A stretch of DNA of 63,997 nucleotides. Origin: Octopus bimaculoides. Lineage: Eukaryota. Below, piece by piece: positions 50,954 through 63,997 of the stretch (position 1 is its first letter; every line of letters begins with the position of its first letter). The stretch lies in NCBI RefSeq assembly GCF_001194135.2, contig NC_068989.1, positions 16,914,269 through 16,978,265 on the forward strand, in the 5' to 3' direction. The position numbers and the translations under genes were made by a program. Under the pieces are notes generated by a model that ran no database searches, was not told where the DNA came from, and worked only from the letters and a program-made list of their open reading frames with translations.

Positions 50954-51391
50954 GTAACGAGGACTGGGAATGGCGAGCGGCNNNNNNNNNNNNNNNNNNN
51001 NNNNNNNNNNNNNNNNNNNNNNNNNNNGCATGTTACCGTCTCTCTGAGAGACAGTGGATATGGAAACAATTTGGACAAGGATAGTTTTCTTGTTCAGCCT
51101 CTCTGATATGGCAGACCTATGATGAAAGACATTCCAGACATGACCATACAGTCTTTTCTTACGTGTAGAGAAACCAGGGCAACATTGTTTATCATGTCCT
51201 TCTTTTTTCAAGATAGTAGGGTGTGACTTGAGGACGATTTGGCTGCTATTTCTAAAAAAAAAAAAACCCCACAAAACGAGCGACTAAGTAGAGGCTCCCT
51301 GGTGAAGTGTCCTCTAAGCCCGTGACAGTGAATTCGTCTGGCAAACCTTAATGGCATTACTTTGCATGTCAAGTTTCACACTCTCCTTTTG

Positions 51392-51785
51392 TATACTCTT
51401 TTACTTGTTTCAGTCACTTGATTGCGACCGTGCTGGAGCACCGCCTTTAGTCGAGCAAATCGACCTCAGGACCTATTCTTTGTAAGCCTAGTACTTATTC
51501 TATCAGTCTCTTTGGCTGGACCGCTAAGTTACGGGAACGTAAACACCCCAGCATCGGTTGTCAAGTGATGTTGGGGGACAAACAAACGCACAAACATATA
51601 CACACACGTATATATATATACATATATACGACGGGCTTCTTTCAGTTTCCATCTAACAAATCCACTCACAAGGCTTTGGTCGGCCCGATACTATAGTAGA
51701 AGACACTTGCCCAAAGTGCCATGCAATGGGTCTGAACCCGGAACCATGTGGCTAGTAAGCAAGCTACTTACCACACAGCCACTCC
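51392..51785 (-). repeat. SINE family B
   Basis: Reverse-complement copy. Confidence 0.9.
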
Positions 51786-52427
51786 TAACCCTAACCCTCG
51801 AAGATAAAACAAGCATATGCAGCCTTATTCTGCCATTACTTGGAACAGAAAAAATATAAAGCATATAAATATTTTAAATGGTGACAATCAACAAACGCAT
51901 GTACAGCATGTGCCTCTCATTTTCTCAAACACTGCAAGTTTACAATTGTGCCAAAGTACAACAATGAATTGTTTTCATTCATAAGGATTACACTGCCAAA
52001 AATATGGAAGCCTGACATGGAAAACTACTGAAAATTAAGCGCACAAAGTGTACCTCCTGCCCAAAGGCACATAATCAATTTTCTACGCTTGGATTCCACA
52101 CAGACACTTGCTTATCTGGTTTCCATACACTTTCTATAACCTTTTCACATGTCCTTCAGAACAAGCTTCAAACAAACTATGTATATAAAGACAATTTTGT
52201 CTTTCTTATTTCATTTGTTTACATTGCTTGCATTTTCATTCTGCATTATTATTTTTTGTTTTGCTTGGGCTTGCAACACTTGAATTTTGTTATGAACATA
52301 AATACTCTTCTTCACATACATATTAACATGTCCTCTCTGCTTTTTATCTCATATGCATTCACCTTGCACACTTCAAATGCATGGATATAACACCTGCTTG
52401 TTTTTTCATTCATACTGATGACAGCAC

Positions 52428-52800
52428 TGTAGTGACGTCATATTGGCGCCAAAAGGCATAGTCGCCATTGCTGAATCCTTAACCACGCATGCGTGGGTTT
52501 CAACATCGAAGCGTTCCCGCTATTAGTCTGTCTCTTTACCAAGCCTGACAGCGACCAAGCAAGCTCTCCCATTTGAGTGTGGTTGAACCAAGTTGTCTCT
52601 ATAAAGACACCAACTCGAAGAACCGTACATCTACATTTCAGGCTACTCTAAAACCGGACAATTGGAAGCTGTTTTATTTTCCACCATACAATAAATATTT
52701 GTTGTTGTTGATCAGTTTGGAGTTTCTACGTTTAGTTCACTTCTAATTTAATATAGGAAAGTTAGGTGTATATCTAATGATATATAACCCACTTTCCTAA
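52428..52800 (+). mobile_element. Solo LTR-like element with 5-bp TSD (AGCAC)
   Basis: Starts TGTAG; contains TATAAAA and AATAAA; AGCAC at 52423-52427 and 52801-52805; homologous to 60043-60434. Confidence 0.7.
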
Positions 52801-53189
52801 AGCACTTTTCACTCTGCAAACTTCATGTTGACCACTTGGGAAATCTTACTGGATAACAATGTCCAACTTTTTGCAGTCAACCTTGTGCACAAACTCATTC
52901 ATAACCTGCAGCTTCACATGCATCTGGTGTTTGATTTATGTGCATACACGTTTTCATGCTGCTCTTTTCTCTTTAACATGCAATCCATAATGTCATCACA
53001 TTACACTTTGTTTTATTATTTTTTTTTGTTTTTCATTGCCTGTATTTCACGTTAATGTTTTCATTTTCTTGGAACACTCAACTTTTCCTACATTATCCTC
53101 TGGCTTAATGTTGCAACTTACATAGACATTCATTCAATACTACAATACAGTTTATTGAATTTGATCATTACCACTTCAACAACCTAGAA

Positions 53190-53630
53190 TGCTGGCCACA
53201 TCTTTAAATATCCTCCATCTCCATCACATATCCACATCAGTGCAGTCTTCTTCATGCATACTACACCTGACTCCTCTTATATCCACCTTTTCTATCAGCT
53301 CATTTGTGCACCTTTGTTTCTGCACACCAGCTTTACACATTCAGCCTCTGTTATTCTCAGCTTGTGAAAATCCTGCACATTCAGGACCCACATTTATTGA
53401 TCATGCAATATCATACTTCATACACAAGTATCATACAACATGCACTTCACTATAAGAGAGAAGTCTTTTGTTGCTAGAAGAGATAATAGATCTCCAAATT
53501 TTTTTCCAACTCATTCTTACTTTGGCTATTATACTTTCAGAACATCCATCTCTACTGCTAATTAGGTCACCAAAGCCACAAAGGCTATCAACTACATCTA
53601 AAAACTGATCATATGGTTGGATCATATAAG
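53190..53630 (-). mobile_element. RTE-type LINE 3' fragment
   Basis: VVDSLCGFGDLISSRDGCSESIIAKVRMSWKK matches the post-RT region of RTE elements; weaker fragments near 1235-1375, 22020-22320 and 48345-48500. Confidence 0.7.
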
Positions 53631-53635
53631 GAGAA

Positions 53636-54008
53636 GGAGGCGCAATGGCCCATTGGTTAGGGCAGCGGACTCGCGGTTTCGATTCCCAGACCGGGCGTTG
53701 TGAATGTTTATTGAGTGAAAACACATAAAGCTCCACGAGGCTCCGGCAGGGGATGGTGGCGAACCCTGCTGTACTCTTCCACCACAACTTTCTCTCACTC
53801 TTTCTTCCTGTTTCTGTTGTGCCTGTAATTCAAAGGGTCAGCCTTGTCACACTGTGTCACGCTGAATATCCCCGAGAACTACGTTAAGGGTACACGTGTC
53901 TGTGGAGTGCTCAGCCACTTGCACGTTAATTTCCCGAGCAGGCTGTTCCGTTGATCGGATCAACTGGAACCCTTGATGTCGTAAGCGACGGAGTGCCAAC
54001 ACACAACA
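53636..54008 (+). repeat. SINE family A, inserted at the RTE fragment
   Basis: Homologous to 6291-6677. Confidence 0.9.
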
Positions 54009-54670
54009 CACATATAAGGAGAAATTGTTGCAATTGGTTGACAATTGGGAATGTTGAAAATAGATATATAAAATATTCTAAAAATATGCACATAATAGAA
54101 TTAATGTATATTTATAGCTGAAGCATAAAATTACAAATTTAAATTCAGTTTAAGATGTTATATCTACTTAACAATGTGCTTGGAACAGTCAAAAAGGATC
54201 AAGTAATTTGAGAACAATTAGCCTCATTTGAAAATAAATACTTCAACTGCATTTAAGACATACGAGTTTAAAGCAGAAGCTTGCTGAAATTGAAAATATA
54301 AAATAATTGTTGAAACTGAGGTTTGTTTGGTGAACCATAATATCACCAATAATTAAGAAAAGAAAATGAAAATGTAGAGATCATCTTTTGAGAACAGAGT
54401 GAAGGAAGATTAACAAACAAGCCTTGAATGGAAAATATTTGGAAAAATGAAAAGACAGCTTCATAGCAAATTTAGACAGAGTGAGTTAGAAGAATAGAAA
54501 GAAAGATGGATGGATGGATGGATAAATAGACAGACAGACAGATAGAGAGAGAGTGGGTGAAAGAGACAGAAATGACAGGTTATATCTGATAGCCAATGAA
54601 GTAAATCTGAGGCGTGGTTATTGCAAGTTGAAAACTAGAAAAATGTATGATCTAAGGAATATAAGTTTTT

Positions 54671-54806
54671 TGGGAGAGGCATTATGCCAGTAATAAACAC
54701 ACGCACTGGTTCAGTCCTTTATTAACTTATAAACAGTATACTGTTTATAAATTAATAAAGGACTGAACCAGTGCGTGTGTTTATTACCGGCATAATGCCT
54801 CTCCCA
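54671..54806. repeat. 136-bp near-perfect palindrome
   Basis: 68-bp arms, 2 mismatches, no loop, centre GTA|TAC at 54738/54739. Confidence 0.95.
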
Positions 54807-55317
54807 AGGTTTAATTGTATATCTTTCAACACACGTATCCACATCAAGAATCTTGCACACAAAATACACATACGGAATATAAGTTAAAGATATGGTTTTC
54901 ATAAATAATGGAAACAGATTTAACCATAGATTCAAAAGTTGAAAACTTTTCATAATTTCGTTTAAATTTTATTTTACATAAAGTTAGTACCAAAATTTAA
55001 ATCATAATCTTTTCATTTTTGTCATAAAACTAAACATTTATTTTTATTGTGTGTTGCATGATGCATTATTTTTTCCCATGTGATAATTCTACCAAGGTCA
55101 ATTTTGTATTTCATCTTTCCAGGGTCAATAGGTACCTTTTAGTCATTGACTGATGCTGATTCTATTGGCCATCACCCCTTGTTACAATGTTAGAAATTGG
55201 AGTATATTAGTGAATACTTTGGAACAAAAAAAGTTACTTTTCTTGTTAATTTTTTTTCTCATTACTCTTGTTTTTCTTGTATATTTTACTGTCACAAAGA
55301 ATAAATATCCTGTCACC

Positions 55318-58300
55318 TTAGTATGTACTTTTGTCTTTTGTTTTGATATTTCCTTCGGTTGTTAGTTTTCTCCCATATCTGCCAAATCTTCTTGATGAGA
55401 GTCTTTTAAGAAATTCATTGTAGCCAGTATTTTCCAGTTTATAATTCAACATCACTTCAGATTCCTTTAGCCTTTTGTTCACTGTCATTTTCAGTTCATT
55501 GATTTTATCTTCTAAGAATTCTGTGATGATTTTTCTCAAGTATTTTTTAGCTTCCTCTAGGATATGTGTGAAAGCAACAATTAAATGATAGAAAGGTAAG
55601 AAAAGAAATAATTATTTAGTTGTCCTTGAGAAGTTAGAAATCAATTGATCTTACATATAGACCATCACACAAACAATTTTTCCCACATACATTGATTTAC
55701 ACATATTTAAACAGATTACCAACTGTGTCAGTCTCTCTGGTCTCAGGTGTCACATTCAATAAATAAATGATCAAATGATCTTAGTATTCTGACCAGTATG
55801 ACATAATAAGTGGTTAAATAATTTCAGTATTCTGGCCAATAAAAAACAGTCAACAAGTTCTCAAACATTCTCAGTATTGTGACTAATAAATCACAGACAA
55901 AATATATAAGAAATTCCTCTGTTGATACAAGGCTTTGTATTTAAATTCAATTAATCCTAGTAAATATAGTTAATCACAGTACATAGCAGGCTGAGTAGAT
56001 GAACTATTGGCTCATCTATTCCTGTTCAAATCCAGGTTGATGTTTCAAGTGCAGAACACTTCTTACATCCCTTCAGAGTATTTGGCTGATAGAAGAAATA
56101 AATAAATCAGCTGGGAGTATTACCTAAAATAGACTGCCACCCTATCCAGGTGGATAAATATCTCTGAAGTGCATATAGCACTATAAAACCACAGCTAAAC
56201 AATATTTCACAAAAGTTGCTTAGTTCCTGTTGCCTAGTAAATATATATACCTAGTACATAACAATATTCACTTTTCTATTTTACACTGTATAATATTTAC
56301 AAAACATAATTTTTAATTTACTAGGTCTGAAGGAAGGACAATGCCCATAGCCATTGCAAGCTATCACAGAGTGGTAGGACCAATGCCATTAATGCTCCTC
56401 TTGAGCCTTTGCAAGTCATGCAGAAGCTTCTTTGTGGACTTGTAGTAGACGTTTCCTATTACAGTTGTTGTTGTTGGCACTCCGTCGCTTACGACGTTGA
56501 GGGTTCCAGTTGATCCGATCAACGGAACAGCCTGCTCGTGAAATAAATGTGCAAGTGGCTGAGTACTACACTGACACGTGTACCCTTAACGTAGTTCTCC
56601 GGGATATTCAGCGTGACACAGTGTGACAAGGCTGACCCTTTGAATTACAGACACAACAAATACAGGAAGTAAGAGTGAGAGAAAGTTGTGGTGAAAGAGT
56701 ACAGCAGGGTTCGCCACCATCCCCTGCTGGAGCCTCGTGGAGCTTTAGGTGTTTTTGCTCAATAAACACTCACAACGCTCGGTCTGGGAATTGAAACTGC
56801 GATCCTATGACTACGAGTCCGCTGCCCTAACCACTGGGCCATTGCGCCTCTACCCTATTACAGTAACAAGATTAAAAAAATACAAAATCTAATGCAAACT
56901 AAAGGAATATGTGATATTTATGTCTTTCCCCAAGCCATTACTACCATAAGAGGAAACCATTTTCGAAAAGGAAATAATGTAACAAAATATAGAACAAGAA
57001 AAGTCATGAAAAGATACAGGAAATATACGATGTTTATGCCTTTCTGTCAAAGAAGCTCCCTTCTTCCCTCCAGTTAGTCTTATACAAGCTCCCTTGTTGA
57101 TTCCATTGACAATGAAAAGGCTCCAGTGACCATAAAGAGATTTCCTAACCTAGTTGCAGTGGTTACATTGACTCCCTGGTTGGCTCGTGAAGCTACATAG
57201 AAACTCCCTTGTTGGAGCTTATGACACTGGCAGACCTTGTTAGGTCTCCCAGTCACTAAACTGAAACTCACCCATTGTTCTCAATGACCATACAATAACT
57301 CCAAAGTTGGCTCCAGCTACTCTATAGGAGCTTACTGGGTGGATCCCAGATTGTGGTCTAAGGGAGATGATCCTTTGCACTGTGCTTGATCTTCTTTGTG
57401 TGTACAAAAACTATCCATGAGACTTTTCTCCTCCATTTTGGAGAGAGGTTATAGGCCACTACCCATTAGGGTCTAATGAGATGTATGTGAATGGATGCGA
57501 AATCCTGGGTAACCTTATGAACCGGCCATAATTCTCTCTCTCTCTCTATATATATATAAGGGCATAACTATACAAGAATGCCTCACTTTATTATGGTAGT
57601 TAACGTGAGACATTCTTGTATAGTTATGCCCTTATATATATATAAATAGATAAATATGATTTAGGGAAAAACGATAGATTCTTCCGTATGAATTTTTTTC
57701 ACGATAACTACTTGATAAATTCTTATATAAGAGTTTATCCTATTATTGTATATATATATATGTATATATATATATAAATATACTAATCTGCTATATATAT
57801 AAATATACTAATCTATATATATATCTAATCTATATATAATTTAATATATATACTAATCTATATATATACTCTCTCTCTATATATATATATATAAAGTGAT
57901 AACTAAAAGAGATCAGTCATTCTAGACTTTACATGAAACATCTATTTTATAGATTTAATGTTTAAATATGTGACATGAGTTGTTATTAAGATTATAATGC
58001 ACCAGAGTATTAACCTTTTAGAATGTGTAGTTACAATTTTTATTATATGTTATGTTTTCATTGATAAACTAATAGTAGTGGCTTAGTGGATATGAACGTT
58101 ACTATCCTTACTTTAGAAATAACATTCTTGTTCCAATTTAGTTTGGGGGTCATGTACACATCTCAACATAAAGACACTTGATAATGACAGGAAATTAAAC
58201 CAATCAAAATGTGGTTTAAATTCTTTTACTTGTTTCAGTCATTTGACTGTGGCCATGCTGGAGCACTGTCTTTAGTCGAATCAAATCGACCCCAGGACTT

Positions 58301-61300
58301 ATTCTTTGGAAGTCTAGTACTTATTCTATCGGTCTCTTTTTGCCGAACCGCTAAGTTACGGGGACGTAAACACACCAGCATCGGTTGTCAAGCGATGGTG
58401 GGGGGACAAACACAGACACACAAACACATATATATATACATATATACGACGGGCTTCTTTCAGTTTCCGTCTACCAAATCCACTCACAAGGCTTTGGTTG
58501 GCCCGAGGCTATAGTAGAAGACACTTCCCCAAGGTGCCATGTAGTGGGACTGAACTCGGAACCATGTGGTTGGTAAGCAAGCTACTTACCACACAGCCAC
58601 TCATGCACCTATGAATAATGTAAATATATAATTTAAATATATGGTCAACAGTCAGAAAAATTACTTCTGAATCTATTCAAGATGTTGATAAAATACCTTT
58701 CTCAGAAATCAAGGCCAACTCCTTGTCATTGATAGCGTTTTCGACCACTGCTTGTACAATTTCAGTTTCACATTTCCCTTTCTTCTCCTTTAGAGAATCA
58801 ACTTGTATTTCTTCATTTGAAAAAGAAAAAGGAACATGGTAAAAATTGTCATGAAGACAGTTGGCTTACTCCTCATTTACATCTGTTTTCTCCAAGTGAA
58901 CACCTTTCAAATGAATATTATTAATAATAATAGTAATAAACCTATTGTATACAGTGCTCAAATGCACTACAACTCACCAGAAAAAAGTAACCAAAACTGC
59001 ATGAACAGTACATAGAATATGCACAGGAAGTGAACAGTGAATAAATCTTAACAGAAAAAAACAGGCTTAGTGGGCATCAGGTGTACTGTTGGTGAAATTC
59101 AGGAATCATGGACGTTGCCAGTGCTGCTGGACTGGCTCCTGTGCAGGTGGCACATAAAAAATAACATTTTGAGCATGACCGTTGCCAGTACCGCCTGACT
59201 GGCCTTCGTGCTGGTGGCACGTAAAAGCACACACTACACTCTTGGAGTGTTTGGCGTTAGGAAGGGCATCCAGCTGTAGAAACTCTGCCAGATCAGATTG
59301 GAGCCTAGTGCAGCCATCTGGTTCACCAGTCCTCAGTCAAATCGTCCAACCCATGATGATGATGATGACGATGATGATCATGATGGAAGTTTTGAAGGAT
59401 GCAATGTCCTGACAGATAACTGATGCAGGTAGTTTATTCCAGGCTTCAGCAAAATTTAACCTAGTCTCAATTTTGTTTTTATTTATGCCTGTTTTTGTTT
59501 TCTTATAAACTGACACCATTGTCATGTGCTAGAAGGAATAACTTGATGTTGTATAACAACAGTATTACTGTATATAAAAGTACAAAGTAGTAAATTATGA
59601 AATTTGTGAATAATTGTAATGAAGTTTCTTCTTCTAACTTCATGTCCTAGTCAATAGTTGGAACGAGTACAACTCAGTTATCAATTACCTGAAGGTTAAT
59701 ACAATATTAAATCACAAAAATCATAAAGTCAAATATCATTAGTCAAATTTACATATACAAACTTGGCTGCACTTCTCCATCACTTTGATACAGGTTTCTG
59801 TACAGAACACCTTGGTCATGTGATTCTACCATAACATCAAAATAACACAATGTTTTTGAGATAAACTGGACAGAAACTGTTGTCAAAAAAACGGTACTTG
59901 TTCTTATTCTGTACACTTAACCCATTAACCAGTTTGATGTCACTACATAACCTTGGATATCGTAGCAGAGTTCATACTGTTGAAAATGTTTAGAGCAGAT
60001 CTCAGTATGATATTTAGTCCTTCCTGCAGTAGCAATATATGTATAGGAAAGTTGGTTATACATCATTAGATGTATACCTGACTTTCCTATATAAAATTAG
60101 GAAATATAATGGAACACTGAACTCCAGACATTCAACTTATACAACACTTTATTTAGGTGGTAAATATATACATCTTTAGCTCTTGTTGTTACAGCTTCTG
60201 TGTGTGTGAGTATAGTTGTTGGGACGTTGTTATGTAGATGTGAGCGAGCTGTCGAGTGTAAGTCCGAAAGATGGAGGGTGACAGCTATACACGTAAAGAG
60301 ACTGTCTCCAGAGTTGGGATGTTGGAGACACTGATTGACACGTCTATGCTCTATTGCTGGCCAGCAAGAAAGATATAGAATTAAGCGGGAAAGCTTGCTT
60401 GTTTAATTCCACGCATGCGCACGGCGTTACTACATATGTGTCTTATTTTAGCAGAGTTCATATTGTTGTAAACATTCAGTCAGTCTCAATATACTGTTGT
60501 GATCCTTCTTACTGTCACAACCTGTAAGTCATATTTCGGTAGAGTCCACTCTGTTATAAACATTTAGAGTAGGTCTCTCTATATTTTGCACCTTCCTATA
60601 ATAGCGTCTGTGTGTCATGATTTCTTCCACCCTTACCTAACATTCTTAGAAACCCTATAACTGTTATGTGTTCTGCCCTTCGTCTCTATATTATGCTTTT
60701 TCCTAAAATAGTGACTGTGACATGGTTTCTTTAATCATTATCCAATGTTCTTAGAAGCCCTGTTACTGTTATATGTGCTACTCTTCATCCTCTGATTAAA
60801 TCATAAAAGAAGAAGCATTCCATTGATCAATCTTCAATACACAAAGACACTGACCCTTAAAATATCATTGATACAGAAAAAAAAAAAGTATCTGAGGAAA
60901 CTAATGATGGTTTGTATTGGCTAAAACAAAATTGATAAAATTTATAAAATGACATAAATCTATGTATCTTAAGGAGAGGTGAGTTCTAAGTTTTATAAGG
61001 GACGCCTTGTATAAAGAAAAAATACTCATGAACCGCTATCATTTCATAGTTAACTACAAAGTTAACTATAAAGGTTGTATCATTTTTGCAATTTATAGAA
61101 TCAGCCAATACTTATTTACTATGGTGAAAACATAAACAATTGCTCCTTACCTTGGCTTGTCATGGATTCAGATTCTCCAATGTAGTTTAAAGCTAAATCA
61201 AGCTGCACCTGGTATTGGTAAAATGATTAACAGTTCACAGTAAAATATATTCATAACTTAATGTATGTAGAAATGCACAGTTAAACTATCTGCCAATCCA

Positions 61301-62903
61301 TCCATCCATTCATCTATCTGTTTGTCTGTCCATCTCTCTCTCTCTCTTTCTCTCTGTGTTTGTGTATGTGTGTGTATCGATAACAAACTACTGTGGCTGT
61401 CACTCACAACTGAGAATGACTTGGTAGCATGTAGGTTTTCCCTAATTCTTTTTGGTTCCTTTATAGTTATGAGTAGATACAGATGCACCTTCTCATCTCT
61501 CATGCTTATCCCTACGAAGGCTGCAATGGTACTTTCTTTACCAATCTTGAAAAGATGAAATGCAAAGTTAACCTTGGTGGGATTGGAACTCAGACTGCAG
61601 AGAGCTAGAATAATACCATGATGCATTTTGTCTGATGCTCTAATGAATCTGTCAATTGACACAAACTCTAACACACACACACACACACACACAAATATAT
61701 ACATCATACACCTATCTAACAAGCATTTACTCTCACAAGGTGTTTTGTTGTTGTAGCCACATGAAATTCTCTCTATAAATTAACAAGAGACATAAATGAC
61801 CATTCACAGACGAGTTAGAAGACTCAACAGGAGTTACTTAGAAATGGTTAATTTGCAATCTTGAAACTTAAAAAGAATCATTGAAAGAAAAGCAAAACAA
61901 AATAAGGTAGGATTTTTATTTCTTATACTGCTGTAAATAAACAAAGCGCATTACTACTGTTTCTTACCCAGAACAACATTGTATTGTTTCCACGCCTGCC
62001 CTATTTGCCAGATTTAGCACCTGTAGACTTCCAGCTCTTCCTCAAGATGAAAAGGCAGCTCAAAGGTCACCGTTGTTGAGATCAACAGCAAATTGCAGAA
62101 GGTCTCTGACTCACCTACAGTAAACAATGTCCAGGCCGAATTCCAAAAATGGCAGGAACACTGAGACCAATGCATTGCTGCGCAAGGTGACTACTTCAAA
62201 GGAGATGATGTTAAAATCTTAGCTAAATAAGTTATTTTTTATAAAACGTAACTAGTCTGGGAACTTTTTAATACTACCTTGTAGTTACATTAAAGATTTC
62301 GATGTCAAATGAATCAGGTGGAATGATGAAGGTATATAGCAAGCTCTTTCACATCATCTTTCATGTTGCATTCTTTTTATTTCTTTCATTTTTTCCCATT
62401 TAAATCGAGAAGTAACGTTCAATTTGATCTGCCATATAAAATCTCATTACTTTTATAAAAATCTTACTTGATCTCATAGTTGTCAGGTCAAATGATACTC
62501 AGATGGTTACAAAATGCTTTCTTTATCACTGGATATACACTACCCTGTAAATATCTAATATAGTGCAAATCTATTGCTGTGTACATCTCATGTTGAGTGT
62601 ATATTTGGTGCAGTATATATATATGTATATATATATATATATATATAAATCTCTCTCTCTCTATATGTATATATCTATCATCTATCTTGCCATGTATTGA
62701 ACATATATGAGGGCTTTATAAGGGAGCAGAATGTAAAGAACATACATAGATAAAGATCTTACATATAGATAAAGCAATAAGTTTACCTGTGGAGTGAATG
62801 CATACTTGTATAGTTTAAAGTGCCTAAAATATGTGTTAATCACATGATAGGATATCTTCCTTACTTCACTTATTGAAAACAGTTCAGTGCTGTATGGTGG
62901 ACG
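55318..62903 (-). CDS. CFAP119: CFAP119/CCDC189-like copy 3, exons 6-9 (5' part beyond window end)
   Basis: Exons 62787-62903 (RPPYSTELFS...[14 protein letters not shown]), 61151-61208 (VQLDLALNY), 58697-58810, 55318-55556 (EEAKKYLRKIITEFLEDKINELK...stop); canonical splice sites, phases match copies 1 and 2. Confidence 0.88.
56464..56850 (-). repeat. SINE family A
   Basis: Reverse-complement copy. Confidence 0.9.
57547..57644. repeat. Hairpin with about 40-bp arms and 18-nt loop
   Basis: TATAAGGGCATAACTATACAAGAATGCCTCAC ... GTGAGACATTCTTGTATAGTTATGCCCTTATA, 1 mismatch. Confidence 0.9.
58222..58610 (-). repeat. SINE family B
   Basis: Reverse-complement copy. Confidence 0.9.
59385..59480 (-). 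mobile_element. CR1-like LINE 3' fragment
   Basis: FAEAWNKLPASVICQDIASFK. Confidence 0.5.
60043..60434 (-). mobile_element. Solo LTR-like element with 5-bp TSD (TATGT), same family as 52428
   Basis: Minus strand starts TGTAGTAACG; shared 3' block ATATAGGAAAGT(C/T)AGGT...ACTTTCCTA; TATGT at 60038-60042 and 60435-60439. Confidence 0.7.
61950..62283 (+). mobile_element. Mariner transposase 3' fragment with right TIR
   Basis: LPYLPDLAPVDFQLFLKMKRQLKGHR...CIAAQGDYFKGD; terminus similar to the reverse complement of the TIR at 37317. Confidence 0.75.
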
Positions 62904-63543
62904 CTAGAAAGAGAAAGTAATAAATGAGTGGTGGCCACTCATTTATTGTTGTTGTTTAGTTCAGGTTAGATCTGATTCAGCAGACGTATGGTTAAAGATA
63001 TTTCATCTGAGACCATCTTGTCTTTTACTATTGGGTCACATTATCCAATATGCATTTCTTTTATTAAAACAAGGAAGTTTCCACAGAAACTAAATGCTCC
63101 TCATATTCTACTCTACCATCTTAGCAAGTGAAGAACACACTGGATAATATAGTGATAGATACACTGTTTAAATAATTAAAACACCTTCGATCATGTGTCT
63201 GCTGGAGCAATGCTTACCTGGGGTTAAACAACAACTACTATAACAATTGCATACATTACTCAGTATAAGAATCAAACAGTAACAGAACAAAAAGTATTTA
63301 TATGAAGCATTTTCCAGTTTGGGGATAGGAAAAACTGGAGTGCCATACTAATACTTTGACTTAATATTGATCACAGAAAGGAACTTGATGATTTGTGTGG
63401 AGGCAAATATGTAGTATAAATAAGATCATGCATACATGCACACAGAAGTGTAAACAAATGCGCATATTTACAAACATTGGAGAAATATAAAGGACTTGTA
63501 CTGTTGTAGACAATGTAACATTAACAAAGGGAACTGGCAGAGT

Positions 63544-63815
63544 GAGAGACAGTGTGATACATGTAAGGAAAATTACATACGAGGAAAATTAATGTAGATA
63601 CTGTCTCATTTAATGGAAGAATAAAACAGTGACACATCTTAGAGAGATGTATGTCATAAAGTAATTGAGAGATGTATGTCATAAATTGAGAGACAGTATG
63701 ATACATGTAAGGAAAATTACATACGGGGAAAATTACTGTAGACACTGTCTCATTCAATGGAAGAACAAGACAGTGGCACATCTTAGAGAGATGTATGTCA
63801 TAAAGTAATTGAGAC
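63544..63815 (+). repeat. 144-bp tandem duplication (about 2 units)
   Basis: GAGAGACAGT(G/A)TGATACATGTAAGGAAAATTAC at 63544 and 63688. Confidence 0.85.
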
Positions 63816-63997
63816 AGATGGTGAGATATAGGTTACCAGAACTAACACAAACAGTAAGACATATATTAGTGGGACTGCAATACACAAAGTAATTTATTGG
63901 GTCATCCCATAAATGATGCCCCACTCACCATATTCGCCAGACATTGCTCCATCTGATTATCATTTACTCTACTTATTGTTTAGTCTTCAAAATCATT

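Noticed and set aside
51785-51798. CCTAACCCTAACCCT telomere-like motif
   Set aside because: Only about 2 units at a SINE edge; too short to call an interstitial telomere

Overview
AT-rich, repeat-dense animal genomic scaffold with N gaps. The SINE types and the style of the C2H2 zinc-finger array suggest a coleoid cephalopod, probably Octopus (inference, no database search). Host genes: one C2H2 zinc-finger gene (3946-5526, minus, 16 intact fingers) lies head-to-head with a cluster of three multi-exon CFAP119/CCDC189-like ciliary/flagellar central-pair genes that the ORF track misses. Copy 1 is on plus (7807-20144, last exon not found), copy 2 on minus (29935-50208, complete 9-exon model) and copy 3 on minus (55318-62903, runs off the window). 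Most notable signals: (i) a frameshifted endogenous parvovirus-like ssDNA element in intron 3 of copy 2, with an HUH motif, YxxK motif and SF3 helicase, and a capsid-like ORF UPSTREAM of the Rep separated by a short stem-loop, an order that suggests a circular genome or concatemer; (ii) several minimal hammerhead-ribozyme-like motifs with palindromic stem III, including one with a compensatory G3-C8 core swap; (iii) an orphan, inverted copy of the CFAP119 promoter and exon 1; (iv) several long palindromes. The rest is SINEs, LINE/Penelope remnants, Tc1/mariner fragments, MITEs, two solo LTRs and microsatellites. Exon coordinates were checked by hand for length and phase; repeat boundaries are approximate.
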